Positions 30,801 to 39,644 of a stretch of DNA of 64,000 nucleotides are shown piece after piece. Below the pieces are notes generated by a model. The model was not told the origin of the DNA, did no database searches, and saw only the letters and a list, made by a program, of their open reading frames with translations. Each line of letters starts with the position of its first letter. Position 1 is the first letter of the stretch. A program made the position numbers and the translations under genes. This DNA comes from Cryomorpha ignava (GTDB lineage Bacteria > Bacteroidota > Bacteroidia > Flavobacteriales_F > PHOS-HE28): assembly GCA_040391235.1 (NCBI GenBank), contig JBEBYG010000014.1, positions 24,020-88,019 of the forward strand, given 5' to 3'.

Positions 30801-33800
30801 CCCGTGGTCTTCGCTGGGAATGATATCACCTTCTGCGATCAGCCCTTTGCGCAAACACTTGCCGGTTACTCGCCCCTCGGCGGAACATGGAGCGGACCGG
30901 GCGTGACAGCGAATGGAAACTTCACGCCAACCGGTCCCGGCACCTTCGATCTGGTCTATGCCTTCAGTGATGCCAACGGTTGCGCCTCCAGCGACCAGCT
31001 GCAGGTAACGGTGATCACCATCGATGATCCGGCGAGCGCAGGGAACGATACCACGCTCTGCCTCAACAGCGGCCAGCTCCAGCTTGTCGGTGGGCCAGCA
31101 GGAGGAACCTGGAGCGGACCGCACGTGGATGTGGACGGCCTCTTTGACCCCGCAGTGGACGGCTCTTTCACGCTCACGTATTCCGTAGGGAACGGCTCCT
31201 GCATTACGCTGGATCAGGTGGAGATCACGGTGCTGCCTTTGCCGGTGATCGACATCACCATCATGGATGACGCCTGCATCGATGCGGGCGAACAAACTTT
31301 TGCGGCCACACCTGCGGGAGGCATGTGGTCAGGAACCGGGATCACCGATGCGGCACTCGGAACCTTCGATCCGGCCTTGAGCGATGTAGGGACCTTCACC
31401 ATCACTTACACCTTCACGGATGCAAGTGGCTGCACCAACAGCACGACCGGCGATGTGGAGGTAAGCCCTCTGCCCATCGCGGCCTTCTCCAATGATCCCA
31501 CGGCTTGCACGAACGTGTCCTTCCACTTCACGGATGAAAGCACCGGCGCCAGTTCTTGGAGTTGGGATCTCGGGGATGCCACCAGCTCTACTGACCCATC
31601 TCCTGATCACACCTATACAACGGCAGGTAGCTACACGGTCACGCTCACGGCCACTTCCGCTGCGGGTTGCACGAGCACCATCTCGCACGATGTCACCGTA
31701 TGGGCGGGTCCTACGGTAGCATTCGATCTTTCACCGGTGGAAGGCTGCGGTCCGCTGGAAGTTCTTTTGGACAACCAGAGCTTCGGCGATGGAGTGACCT
31801 ATGATTGGGACTTCGGGGATGGCACCGGTTCGACCTTGGAGCAACCCGGCCAGAACACCTACTACGCCAGCCTGACCGGCGACACCATCTATAGCATCGT
31901 ACTGACCGCCAGCAACTACTGCGGCTCGGTGGATTCCACGCGCACCGTCACTGTACATCCCGCACCCACCGCCATTTTTGGTCCTGACTTCGACTCCGGA
32001 TGTTCGCCTTGGCCTGTCACGTTCAGCAACGTCACCATCGGCCAGGCCGATAGCTACTTCTGGGATTTCGGTGATGGCTTTACCAGCACCACCACGGATA
32101 GCCTTGTGCACCACACCTATTACGCAGGTGCGGAAGACACCGCGTACACGATCACGCTGGTGGCGACCAATGCCTGCGGAAGCGATACGGCGAACTACAC
32201 CATCACCACGTCGCCAAACACCATCACCGCCTTTTTCAATACCGATACCACCAGTGGCTGCGCGCCGCTCACGGTCAATTTCACGCAGTACAGCATCGGC
32301 GTTACCAACTGGCATTGGGACCTCGGCAATGGAGAGGTAAGCACGGCCGCGAACGTCAGCATGACCTACAACACGGCCGGGACTTACACTGCCACGCTGT
32401 ACGGCGACAATGGTTGCAGCTTCGATACGGCAAGTGTGCAGATCGTGGTCCTGGACTCACCCCCAGCGGATTTTGACATCACAGGGGGACTGTTTTGCGC
32501 GGGCTCGCCCGTTCAATTCACCAACAACACGCCTTCACCTGCGGGGCTGAACTGGGACTTTGGCGATGGCAATACATCCACTCTTTCCACACCTGCACAC
32601 AGCTATGCGAGCCCGGGCAGCTACAACGTAACGCTCACGGTGGCGTCCGCATTGAACCCATGCCCCGCCGTGCTCACCCAAACGGTGACCGTGCTCACAA
32701 CGCCTGTGGCCAGTTTCACTCCGGATCCGGCCAGCGGCTGCATTCCCTTGGCCGTGCAGTTCACCAACGGAAGTACCAGCGCCGATTTCCATCAGTGGAA
32801 CTTCGGGGATGGCAACACCAGTTCCGCACCGAACCCGGCACATACGTTCACCGCGGCTGGCACCTACACCGTGCAGTTGATCGCGGAAAATCTGAATGGT
32901 TGCACCGATACCGCTTCTGCCAACGTGGTGGCCTTCCCTCTGCCAGTGAGTGCCTTCACCATGGCGGCAGGCCAGAGCTGTGTGTCGCCCACAAGCTTGC
33001 AGCTCTCGAACGCATCGAGCGGAGCGGTGGATCACGCCTGGGATCTTGGCAATGGAACTTCTTCCATCCTGAACAACCCCGTGGCCACCTATACGGAGCC
33101 GGGTAGCTACACCATCACGCTCACCGTTTCCAACCAGTATGGCTGCACGGATGTCAGCACGGATCAGTTCATTGTGCATCCCACGCCCGTGGCCCAGTTC
33201 ACCGTGGCGCCGCAACCGGCGTGCGCGAGCTACCCCGTTACCTTCGGAAATACTTCGCTCAACAGCCAGAGCTACGTATGGGCGTTCGGAGATGGCGAAA
33301 GCTCCATGACGGAATCGCCTTTGCATACCTATCCGGAAGGCGATTATGACGTGACCTTGATCGCCACCGGCGCGGGTGGTTGCAACGATACTGTTGTGGT
33401 TCCGAACGCCGTACACGTGGACCCCACGCCCACAGCCGCTTTCAGCTACGAAGCGATGCAGAGCACCACCTATGCGTTGCAATTCCACAACGAAAGCGTG
33501 GATGCCATTACCTGGATCTGGGATTTCGGCGATGGGGAATATTCAACCGAATACCAGCCACTTCACCTCTTTCCGGCAGGGCCTGATGACCTCTATCCGC
33601 TGTGCCTCGTGGCGATCAATTCCTTCGGCTGCCCGGACACCTTGTGCCAACCCGTGGTGGCCACCAGTGAGCCCGATGTATACGCGGCCAATGCCTTCAC
33701 CCCGGACCAGGATGGGCTGAACGAGACCTTCCTACCCGTGCTCAATGGCTTCGAGAATTGGCGCTACCAGTTTTTCATCTTCGACCGCTGGGGCGAAATG

Positions 33801-33956
33801 ATCCACGATAGCCGCGACCGCTACACCCCGTGGGACGGCACCTACAAAGGCAAGCCGGTAAAGACCGATGTCTACGTGTGGAAGGTGGTGCTGAAGCGCC
33901 AAGGGGACGAGCGCGTGTTCTACGGGCACGTTACGGTGGTGTGTGGGTCGGAGTGA
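27837..33956 (+). CDS. Large PKD-repeat surface protein with T9SS type B (gliding-motility) CTD
   Basis: Signal peptide; many WDFGDG PKD and AGPD/GGTWSG Ig-like repeats; C-terminal NAFTPDQDGLNE..IFDRWG..WDGTYKG..DVYVW. Confidence 0.93.
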   Translation: MRYSRAILSLALSFLLALLGGSAAAQVVAHAGPDATICGGGPVTLGATAAATGGQGPYQYSWYPTTGLNDPSLAHPICTTTSTQTYTLTVMDANNLTATDAVTVTVLPTANAAITSSVPFTVFNGISTFYKCSSQANSLFNFSFDGTAATGSTHTINWGDGTPNFSATGSSWPTEGHSYGQGIYTLTYSIVQPNGCNASRTYSVFLGSTPAIGIGSPGNTSGCGPFSITFPITGTSNNTSGTIYTVTFNDGSAPQTFNHPPPASVTHLFATSSCGTTSSDGVTSFPNSFQANLTAQNPCGISASAVVPIVVSTTPVTDFTISPNDTVCTNSNITFTSTSTGIEIQGNSCSNSPALLWDIQPATGWSISSGTLGNSNGYIGTAWDPSSWIPGSTSMGLTFSTPGAYSIRLRSGNGCGGDTLTRIICVEAPPEPAFLLSPTTGCSPLVSTTVNNSTSPNSCSTRYNWLANAGTAACGGSTAVIFSGGTSATSNQPQFTFTGAGSYTVSLRAINSCGTFPVDQVVTVGAPPQVSVNAVNGICEGQSVTPSATFTACGSPITGYSWALPGGNPSSANTQNLGGIIYSASGNFNITATANSACGNTTASTPLSVTSLPAAPVVGGPITLCVGETLNLTATAVPGITFTWIGPGGFTSTSTNPSIPNVTLANQGVYSVTASAGGCSGPSSTVTVTVNPAPVVSISPTVPTVCAGNAVTLTASGGTNYQWIAGGVTIGSGSPFTFTPTATTTVVLHGDAGGCTGASSTLVTVYPLPVVDAGPDRVFCESNLPQMLFPDTYPGTWSGDPNVTVNGYFTPTAQGTFQLTYTVISPQGCSNTDVIQVTVNPPSTPANAGPDTLLCQNAGAIQLVGTPAGGTWSGDISISGLFNPVISGTFTVSYFVGTGSCSSTDQAVVTVVPAPVVNPGQDQQVCIDAAAFTLSATPLGGSWSGAGISGNQFDPQAAGAGQHAVSYTYADPNGCSTTGIRTITVNPLPVVFAGNDITFCDQPFAQTLAGYSPLGGTWSGPGVTANGNFTPTGPGTFDLVYAFSDANGCASSDQLQVTVITIDDPASAGNDTTLCLNSGQLQLVGGPAGGTWSGPHVDVDGLFDPAVDGSFTLTYSVGNGSCITLDQVEITVLPLPVIDITIMDDACIDAGEQTFAATPAGGMWSGTGITDAALGTFDPALSDVGTFTITYTFTDASGCTNSTTGDVEVSPLPIAAFSNDPTACTNVSFHFTDESTGASSWSWDLGDATSSTDPSPDHTYTTAGSYTVTLTATSAAGCTSTISHDVTVWAGPTVAFDLSPVEGCGPLEVLLDNQSFGDGVTYDWDFGDGTGSTLEQPGQNTYYASLTGDTIYSIVLTASNYCGSVDSTRTVTVHPAPTAIFGPDFDSGCSPWPVTFSNVTIGQADSYFWDFGDGFTSTTTDSLVHHTYYAGAEDTAYTITLVATNACGSDTANYTITTSPNTITAFFNTDTTSGCAPLTVNFTQYSIGVTNWHWDLGNGEVSTAANVSMTYNTAGTYTATLYGDNGCSFDTASVQIVVLDSPPADFDITGGLFCAGSPVQFTNNTPSPAGLNWDFGDGNTSTLSTPAHSYASPGSYNVTLTVASALNPCPAVLTQTVTVLTTPVASFTPDPASGCIPLAVQFTNGSTSADFHQWNFGDGNTSSAPNPAHTFTAAGTYTVQLIAENLNGCTDTASANVVAFPLPVSAFTMAAGQSCVSPTSLQLSNASSGAVDHAWDLGNGTSSILNNPVATYTEPGSYTITLTVSNQYGCTDVSTDQFIVHPTPVAQFTVAPQPACASYPVTFGNTSLNSQSYVWAFGDGESSMTESPLHTYPEGDYDVTLIATGAGGCNDTVVVPNAVHVDPTPTAAFSYEAMQSTTYALQFHNESVDAITWIWDFGDGEYSTEYQPLHLFPAGPDDLYPLCLVAINSFGCPDTLCQPVVATSEPDVYAANAFTPDQDGLNETFLPVLNGFENWRYQFFIFDRWGEMIHDSRDRYTPWDGTYKGKPVKTDVYVWKVVLKRQGDERVFYGHVTVVCGSE

Positions 33957-34009
33957 GGTTGGGGGTACTTGCGCTTTTTTATTCTAAGGCGCTCCACGAA
34001 AGCTCAACA

Positions 34010-34169
34010 TCTGCGACCCTTTCAGGGTCGGTACTCACATGATTCAAATGCCTGTTTCCAATTTCTGTGACCCTTTCAGGGTCCGATGCACTTTACGACC
34101 CTGAAAGGGTCGTGGATATTAGAATTATGCCGAGCCCAACGCGAGTCTCGACCCTGAAAGGGTCGCAGA
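34010..34169. repeat. REP cluster: four palindromic CGACCCT(TTC/GAA)AGGGTCG copies
   Basis: Copies at 34014-30 and 34069-83 (TTC orientation), and 34096-112 and 34149-65 (GAA orientation). The outer copies form a perfect 21-bp inverted pair. Confidence 0.9.
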
Positions 34170-34298
34170 ACTCAACAACCTCTGACAAGTAACGAGCCCT
34201 GTGTGGACAAGTCTCCATCCATGCAATTCTAACATCCAATGTTACAATTACATGGTTGCGGAGGTTTGCAAGAAGCAACGGAAACCACCGAACACTTA

Positions 34299-34688
34299 CT
34301 ATTTCCCCGTCCGAATGCTCACTAAAGTAGCCGTGGAATCCGTCCGGAAATCGCGCAACGTGGAGGCCATGTATTGGATCTGTTGCCCACGCACCGTGCC
34401 GTATACGTAGTACACGAGGCTATCCTCGCTGCGCTGACTATCGCTGAAGTTGATGTCGCAGCTATCGATCACCGTCTTGCGCAGGTCCGCCAAGGAAAGG
34501 TTCAACGGTGCCAGCTGTGCTTCCGCTTCCGGGGTAGCCTTTACTAGTGTGCTCGCTAAGCGGAGCTTCACCCGGTAGTTGGGCATCCAATCGGTATTGT
34601 TCAAGCGCTTGCCGTAGATGCCCCATGCAAGCAGGCAGCCAAGGGCCGTACCAAAGGCGAAGAGTGTGAGTCGGCGAGTGAAGGTCAT
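34299..34688 (-). CDS. Membrane-anchored hypothetical protein (DUF4258-like)
   Basis: N-terminal TM helix and W.PNYRV motif; occupies the usual position downstream of ald in Flavobacteriia (recalled synteny). Confidence 0.7.
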   Translation of the reverse strand: MTFTRRLTLFAFGTALGCLLAWGIYGKRLNNTDWMPNYRVKLRLASTLVKATPEAEAQLAPLNLSLADLRKTVIDSCDINFSDSQRSEDSLVYYVYGTVRGQQIQYMASTLRDFRTDSTATLVSIRTGK

Positions 34689-34708
34689 GTCAAGAGTTCA
34701 GGTAGGAT

Positions 34709-34808
34709 CACCACGGAGGCACGGAGGACACAGCGTGATGTTGAGTCGTGAGTCTGTGAGTCGTGAGTCGGCAGCCGACAAATCACTAATCACCATTCAC
34801 TGATCACC
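34709..34808. repeat. Heptamer-array element TGAGTCG(n)-GCAGCCGAC-AATCACY(n), with an adjacent CACGGAGG repeat
   Basis: 4 TGAGTC units at 34742-70 and 4 AATCACY-like units at 34781-808; CACCACGGAGGCACGGAGG at 34709. Confidence 0.8.
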
Positions 34809-36028
34809 TAAAACGCTGCCAGCATAATATCAAGGTCCTTGAAGGGCAGGCGATAGGCCTCGGAAAGGATCTCGCTGGTGAGGGCGCCGTTGTACAGGTA
34901 CACGCCGTGGCGGAAACCCAGGTTCCGCTTGATCACATCCTCAAAGCGGCCCACTTCGCCCATGGTGAGCAGAATGGGCGTGAAGATGTTGGTGAGCGCA
35001 TAGGACGCGGTACGGGGAACGCGGCTGGCGATGTTCGGTACGCAATAATGCACCACGCCGTATTTCTTGAACACAGGGTCCGTAAGCGTGGTCTGTTCAC
35101 TGGTCTCGAAGCAGCCTCCGCGGTCGATACTGACATCCACGATCACACTGCCTGCCTTCATTTGGCCCACCATCTCGTCGGTCACCACCATCGGTGTCAC
35201 ACCGTGCTCTGGTCGCAAAGCGCCTATGGCCACATCGGCCTGCAGCAAGGCTTGTTTCAATACATCAGGCTGGATAATGCTGGTCCAGATCCGGGTTCCC
35301 AAGGTGCTTTGAAGGCGGCGGAGGCGATAGATGCTCTTGTCGAACACTTTCACGCTGGCACCCATGCCCAAGGCCGCACGGGTAGCGAATTCGCCGACAG
35401 TACCGGCACCGATCACCACCACTTCTGCAGGGGCTACACCGCTGATGCCGCCCAGCATGAGTCCTTGCCCACCCTTATCGGTGCTCAGGTACTCACCTGC
35501 GATCTGGATGGCGGTATTACCCGCGATCTCGCCCATGGCGCGAACGATGGGGTAGATGCCCTCGCGGTCCTTGATAAAGTCCCACGCTACGGCGGTGACC
35601 TTTTTCTCCATCATGCTCCGCAACGCTTCGCGGTGCTGGCCGCCCATCTGCAATGCGGAGACCAGAATCTGCTTATGGCGAAGCAAGGCGATCTCTTCTT
35701 CCACCGGGGCGGCCACTTTCAGGATCAGGTCCGATTCGAACACCTCCCGCGCGCTGTCCGCCAGTTTGGCGCCGGCCTCGCTGTAGTCGCTGTCCTGGAA
35801 CTGGACGCTGCTACCCACTCCGCGTTGGACCACAATGTCGTGGCCGCGGCTGGTGAGCACGGCTACGCTCGCAGGTGTAAGCGGAACGCGATGCTCTTGT
35901 GGTGTGATCTCTTTGGGTATGCCGATGAGCAATCGCTTACTCTTGTGGCCCACCTCCATGGTTTGCTCCTGCGGGAGCATGGAGACCTCGCGGGCCAATT
36001 GCTTCAACAGTTCACTGCTGGTGCTCAT
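34808..36028 (-). CDS. ald: Alanine dehydrogenase
   Basis: IGIPKE..EHRVPLTP, VIGAGTVG, DVSIDRGGCFETS and HYCVPNI motifs. Confidence 0.92.
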   Translation of the reverse strand: MSTSSELLKQLAREVSMLPQEQTMEVGHKSKRLLIGIPKEITPQEHRVPLTPASVAVLTSRGHDIVVQRGVGSSVQFQDSDYSEAGAKLADSAREVFESDLILKVAAPVEEEIALLRHKQILVSALQMGGQHREALRSMMEKKVTAVAWDFIKDREGIYPIVRAMGEIAGNTAIQIAGEYLSTDKGGQGLMLGGISGVAPAEVVVIGAGTVGEFATRAALGMGASVKVFDKSIYRLRRLQSTLGTRIWTSIIQPDVLKQALLQADVAIGALRPEHGVTPMVVTDEMVGQMKAGSVIVDVSIDRGGCFETSEQTTLTDPVFKKYGVVHYCVPNIASRVPRTASYALTNIFTPILLTMGEVGRFEDVIKRNLGFRHGVYLYNGALTSEILSEAYRLPFKDLDIMLAAF

Positions 36029-36474
36029 GCCAAGTGCTTGTGGGCTGGTGTGGGCTGAACGACCTCAAGGCTGCGGGTATCATCCTCGGTCATATTCATG
36101 TTGATGTTCACGGTATCGGGCGGATAGGATCCTTGCCCAAGTTCGGGCCATTCAATGAAACAGTAGTGGCCGCTATCAAGGTATTCGGTGAATCCGATGC
36201 CTTCCAGCTCTTCCGCTTTGTTCAGGCGGTAAAGATCGAAATGATAAACCGTGTTCCCATCCAGTGTGCGGTATTCGTTCACGATGGAATAGGAGGGACT
36301 GGCCATGCCAACCTCCACACCAAGCGATGCGCAGAGCGCCTTGATGAGGGTGGTCTTGCCTACGCCCATCGGCCCATTGAAGGTGAACACGCGACGACCC
36401 GGACACGCTCGCAAGAGCGCCGCTGCGACTTCCGCAACGTCCTCGGGCCGGCGCAGTTCCAAAACGGTGTTCAT
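36025..36474 (-). CDS. tsaE: tRNA threonylcarbamoyladenosine biosynthesis ATPase
   Basis: GPMGVGKTT, SPSYSIVNEY, HFDLYRL and FIEWP motifs. Confidence 0.96.
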   Translation of the reverse strand: MNTVLELRRPEDVAEVAAALLRACPGRRVFTFNGPMGVGKTTLIKALCASLGVEVGMASPSYSIVNEYRTLDGNTVYHFDLYRLNKAEELEGIGFTEYLDSGHYCFIEWPELGQGSYPPDTVNINMNMTEDDTRSLEVVQPTPAHKHLA

Positions 36475-36478
36475 CCGA

Positions 36479-38032
36479 TCAACGTGGTTTCATGTAGGCG
36501 ATGGGCACCAGCATCTCTTCCAATGAAATGCCCCCGTGCTGGAAGGTGTTCCGATAGAAGTTCACGAAGTGGTTGTAGTTGTTGGGGTACACGAAGTAGA
36601 AATCCTTCTTGGCGAAGATAAACGAGCTGCTCACATTGGCACGCGGCAGGAAACCCTGTGTGGGATCCTTGATCGCGAGCACGTCCTTGGCCTCGTAAGT
36701 GAGGTTGCGGCCGTGCTTGTAACGCAGGTTGGTGTTGGTGTTGCGGTCGCCGATCACCTTGCTCGGTTCGGTTACGCGCACTGTACCATGGTCCGTGGTG
36801 ATCACCACGCGGCCTCCTTTCTCGGCGATCGTTTTCAGGATATCCAACAGCGGGCTGTGATTGAACCAGCTGAGGGTGATCGAGCGGTAGGCGGCCTCAT
36901 CCTCGGCCAGTTCGCGGATCATTTCCATCTCCGTGCGGGCATGGCTCAGCATGTCCACGAAGTTGTAGACGATGGCGTTGAAGGGGTTGTCCATCAGGTT
37001 CCCCACGTTCTCCGCCAGCTTCTTACCAGCAGCGAAATTGGTGATCTTGTGGTAGCTGCTCTTCACACGCTTGCCCAGGTTCTTCAGTTGCTCCTGCATG
37101 AACTCTTCCTCGAAAGCGTTCTTGCTGCCTTCATCCTCTTCGCTGAGCCACTTGCCCGGGAAGCGCTTCTGGATGTCGCCCGGCATCATGCCCGCGAAAA
37201 GGGCGTTGCGTGCGTATTGGGTAGCAGTGGGGAGGATGCTGTAGAACTGGCCTTGCTCTTCCACTTTGAACAACGAGCTGACGATCGGCTCGATCGTGCG
37301 CCATTGGTCCAAACGCAGGTTGTCGATCAATACCAGGAACAAAGGTCCCTGCTTCTCATCGATCAAGGGTGCGATCTTGTTCTTGAACACTTGGTGGCTC
37401 TGCAAGGGCACATCATCACCCTTGTTGTTCACCCAATCCACGTAGTTCTTCTCCACGAAGCGGCTGAAAAGGTCGTTGGCCTCACCCCACTGGCTGCGAA
37501 GGATCTCGGTCATCCCTTGGTCGGGATTGCCGCTGAGATCCAGCTCCCAACGCACCAGCTCGTCGTAGAGCTGCATCCAGTCGGAAGTGCTCAAGCGATC
37601 GCCGAGTCGCATGCCAAGCCGTCCGAATTGCTGCTGGTAGCTGCTGGTGGTCTTTTCGCTCACCAATCGGCTTCCGTCGAGGTGCTTCTTCAGGGCGGAC
37701 AGGATCTGGTTCGGGTTCACCGGCTTGATCAGGTAGTCACTGATCTTGCTGCCGATGGCCTCCTCCATGATGCTCTCTTCCTCGCTCTTGGTGATCATGA
37801 TCACCGGGGTGCGCGGACTGATCCCTTTCACCCGGGTCAACGTCTCCAGGCCGCTGAGGCCCGGCATGTTCTCATCGAGGAAGATGATGTCGAATTCTTC
37901 CTTGCCCACTGCGTCCACGGCATCCAAGCCGTTGTTCACCGTTTCCACGGAATAGCCTTTCCCTTCCAGAAAAAGCACATGTGGACGCAGAAGGTCGATC
38001 TCGTCGTCGGCCCAAAGGATCTTTACGCTCAT
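36479..38032 (-). CDS. porX: PorX-family response regulator with PglZ/alkaline-phosphatase domain
   Basis: ILWADDEIDLLRPH receiver, FLDENMPG, LPTATQYARNA, TTDHG and FQHGGISLEEM motifs. Confidence 0.93.
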   Translation of the reverse strand: MSVKILWADDEIDLLRPHVLFLEGKGYSVETVNNGLDAVDAVGKEEFDIIFLDENMPGLSGLETLTRVKGISPRTPVIMITKSEEESIMEEAIGSKISDYLIKPVNPNQILSALKKHLDGSRLVSEKTTSSYQQQFGRLGMRLGDRLSTSDWMQLYDELVRWELDLSGNPDQGMTEILRSQWGEANDLFSRFVEKNYVDWVNNKGDDVPLQSHQVFKNKIAPLIDEKQGPLFLVLIDNLRLDQWRTIEPIVSSLFKVEEQGQFYSILPTATQYARNALFAGMMPGDIQKRFPGKWLSEEDEGSKNAFEEEFMQEQLKNLGKRVKSSYHKITNFAAGKKLAENVGNLMDNPFNAIVYNFVDMLSHARTEMEMIRELAEDEAAYRSITLSWFNHSPLLDILKTIAEKGGRVVITTDHGTVRVTEPSKVIGDRNTNTNLRYKHGRNLTYEAKDVLAIKDPTQGFLPRANVSSSFIFAKKDFYFVYPNNYNHFVNFYRNTFQHGGISLEEMLVPIAYMKPR

Positions 38033-38181
38033 ATAGGTTCAAAGCAACGGGGAATGGGTTATCGACGCAGCATGCGACGAGCCGTTCCGCTTACTTTAGG
38101 ACCGTGAAATTACGGCTCAACAAGGGATGATCCCGGAAGAGTGCCATAAAGAAGACTAAGAGCGAATTTGAAATCAGGAAC

Positions 38182-38267
38182 TTGAAGGCTGAAAGTTGAA
38201 AGTATGGAGTTGCGGATAGTCGTGAGTCCTGAGTCGGCAGTCGTCCAATCACCCTTCACCAATCACC
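38182..38267. repeat. Second heptamer-array element
   Basis: TTGAAGG/CTGAAAG/TTGAAAG, then TGAGTCC TGAGTCG GCAGTCGTCC AATCACC CTTCACC AATCACC; same layout as 34742-34808. Confidence 0.75.
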
Positions 38268-38272
38268 CCACT

Positions 38273-39511
38273 GTGTCCACCAAGATCCTCAACGACCCCA
38301 TCCACGGATTCATCACTGTGCCGCATCCGTTGCTGCTGCGCCTGATCGATCATCCTTGGTTCCAGCGGCTGCGCTACATCAAGCAGCTCGGGCTTTCCCA
38401 TTTGGTCTATCCCGGTGCCTTGCATACGCGCTTCCACCACGCCATAGGTGCCATGCACTTGATGGGACTGGCCATTGAAAGCCTACGGGTGAAAGGCCAC
38501 GAGATCACGGACGAGGAATCCTTGGGAGCGCACATCGCCATCCTGCTGCATGATATCGGCCACGGTCCTTTCAGCCATGCGTTGGAGCATAGCATTGTGG
38601 AAGGCATCAGCCATGAAGAGGTAGGAGCCTTGGTGATGGCGAAGCTGAATGAAGAATTTGAAGGTGCCTTGGATATCGGTATCGCCATCTTCCATGATCA
38701 GTATCCGAAGCACATGCTGCACCAGTTGGTGAGCGGGCAGTTGGATGTGGATCGCATGGACTACCTCAACCGGGATAGCTTTTATACCGGCGTGAGCGAA
38801 GGTGTCATCGGCGGGGATCGCATCATCAAAATGCTCCAGGTCGTGGACGACCGATTGGTGGTGGAGGAGAAGGCGATCTACAGCATTGAGAAGTTCATCG
38901 TGGCACGTCGCCTGATGTACTGGCAGGTCTATTTGCATAAGACCGTGTTGGCCTGCGAGCAGATGTTGGTGCAGATATTGAGGCGGGCCAAGACGCTCGG
39001 ATTGGAAGGCGTGCCTCTCTTCGGGGCACCGGCGTTACTCGGCTTCCTGCGGGAGCGTAGGGATCGTGCCTCCTTCGATGATCCATTCGTATTGGCGGAT
39101 TTCATGCGCTTGGATGATCACGACATCATGGGTGCAGTGAAGGTGTGGGCGGATCATCCGGACCCCATTCTGTCGCGGTTGTCGTCGGATCTTTTGGGAC
39201 GCCACACGCTGCGCATCCGCTTGCGGACCGAGCCCTGGGAGGAAGCACATGTAAGCCGCGTGCGACAAGCCTTTGCAAAGGAAATGGGAATCACTGAGAA
39301 GGAGGCCGGGCTATTCGTGTTGACAGGCGACATCGTGAACAACGCTTACGATGCCTCCCATGACGGCATCCAGTTGCTGTTCAAGGATGGGCATTTGAAG
39401 GACATCGCGGAAGCCAGCGATAACCTGGGCATTGCCGCCATGAGCGGTGTGGTGGAGAAACACTACCTCGCATTCCCGCGCTCGATGGGCAAGAAGTGGT
39501 TCGAGGAGTGA
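38273..39511 (+). CDS. HD-domain phosphohydrolase (dNTP triphosphohydrolase-like)
   Basis: NDPIHGFI, FQRLRYIKQLG, HTRFHH, LLHDIGHGPFSH and DVDRMDYL.RDS motifs. GTG 38273 is preferred because the upstream extension is repeat DNA. Confidence 0.92.
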   Translation: MSTKILNDPIHGFITVPHPLLLRLIDHPWFQRLRYIKQLGLSHLVYPGALHTRFHHAIGAMHLMGLAIESLRVKGHEITDEESLGAHIAILLHDIGHGPFSHALEHSIVEGISHEEVGALVMAKLNEEFEGALDIGIAIFHDQYPKHMLHQLVSGQLDVDRMDYLNRDSFYTGVSEGVIGGDRIIKMLQVVDDRLVVEEKAIYSIEKFIVARRLMYWQVYLHKTVLACEQMLVQILRRAKTLGLEGVPLFGAPALLGFLRERRDRASFDDPFVLADFMRLDDHDIMGAVKVWADHPDPILSRLSSDLLGRHTLRIRLRTEPWEEAHVSRVRQAFAKEMGITEKEAGLFVLTGDIVNNAYDASHDGIQLLFKDGHLKDIAEASDNLGIAAMSGVVEKHYLAFPRSMGKKWFEE

Positions 39512-39543
39512 GAGGTCGGATCCATCAACTGTTTGAGATCTTG

Positions 39544-39551
39544 TATTTTTG
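39544..39551 (+). promoter_or_regulatory. Bacteroidota -7 promoter element
   Basis: TATTTTTG is an exact TAnnTTTG match, upstream of the glycosyltransferase. Confidence 0.45.
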
Positions 39552-39644
39552 CTTCTCCGCAGTTGATCCCGAACCAAATGACGACGATCGGTGTAGTCAT
39601 TTCTGAGTCCTGTAGCTTTTACCCTGACCCCCGCAGTAAGCGTT

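Noticed and set aside
34010-34169. CRISPR array
   Set aside because: The repeats are short palindromes in both orientations with irregular spacing, and there are no cas genes.
36536-38107. 523-aa ORF antisense to porX (likewise 11763-12923, 13496-14527, 34907-36058, 59039-60547 and others)
   Set aside because: These are shadow ORFs produced by GC-rich codon bias on the real strand; they have no recognisable motifs.
38204-38272. N-terminal extension of the HD protein, and similar long extensions in the ORF track (for example 45431, 46181, 51947, 55914)
   Set aside because: The extensions cover repeat or promoter DNA; downstream starts give proper family N-termini or signal peptides.
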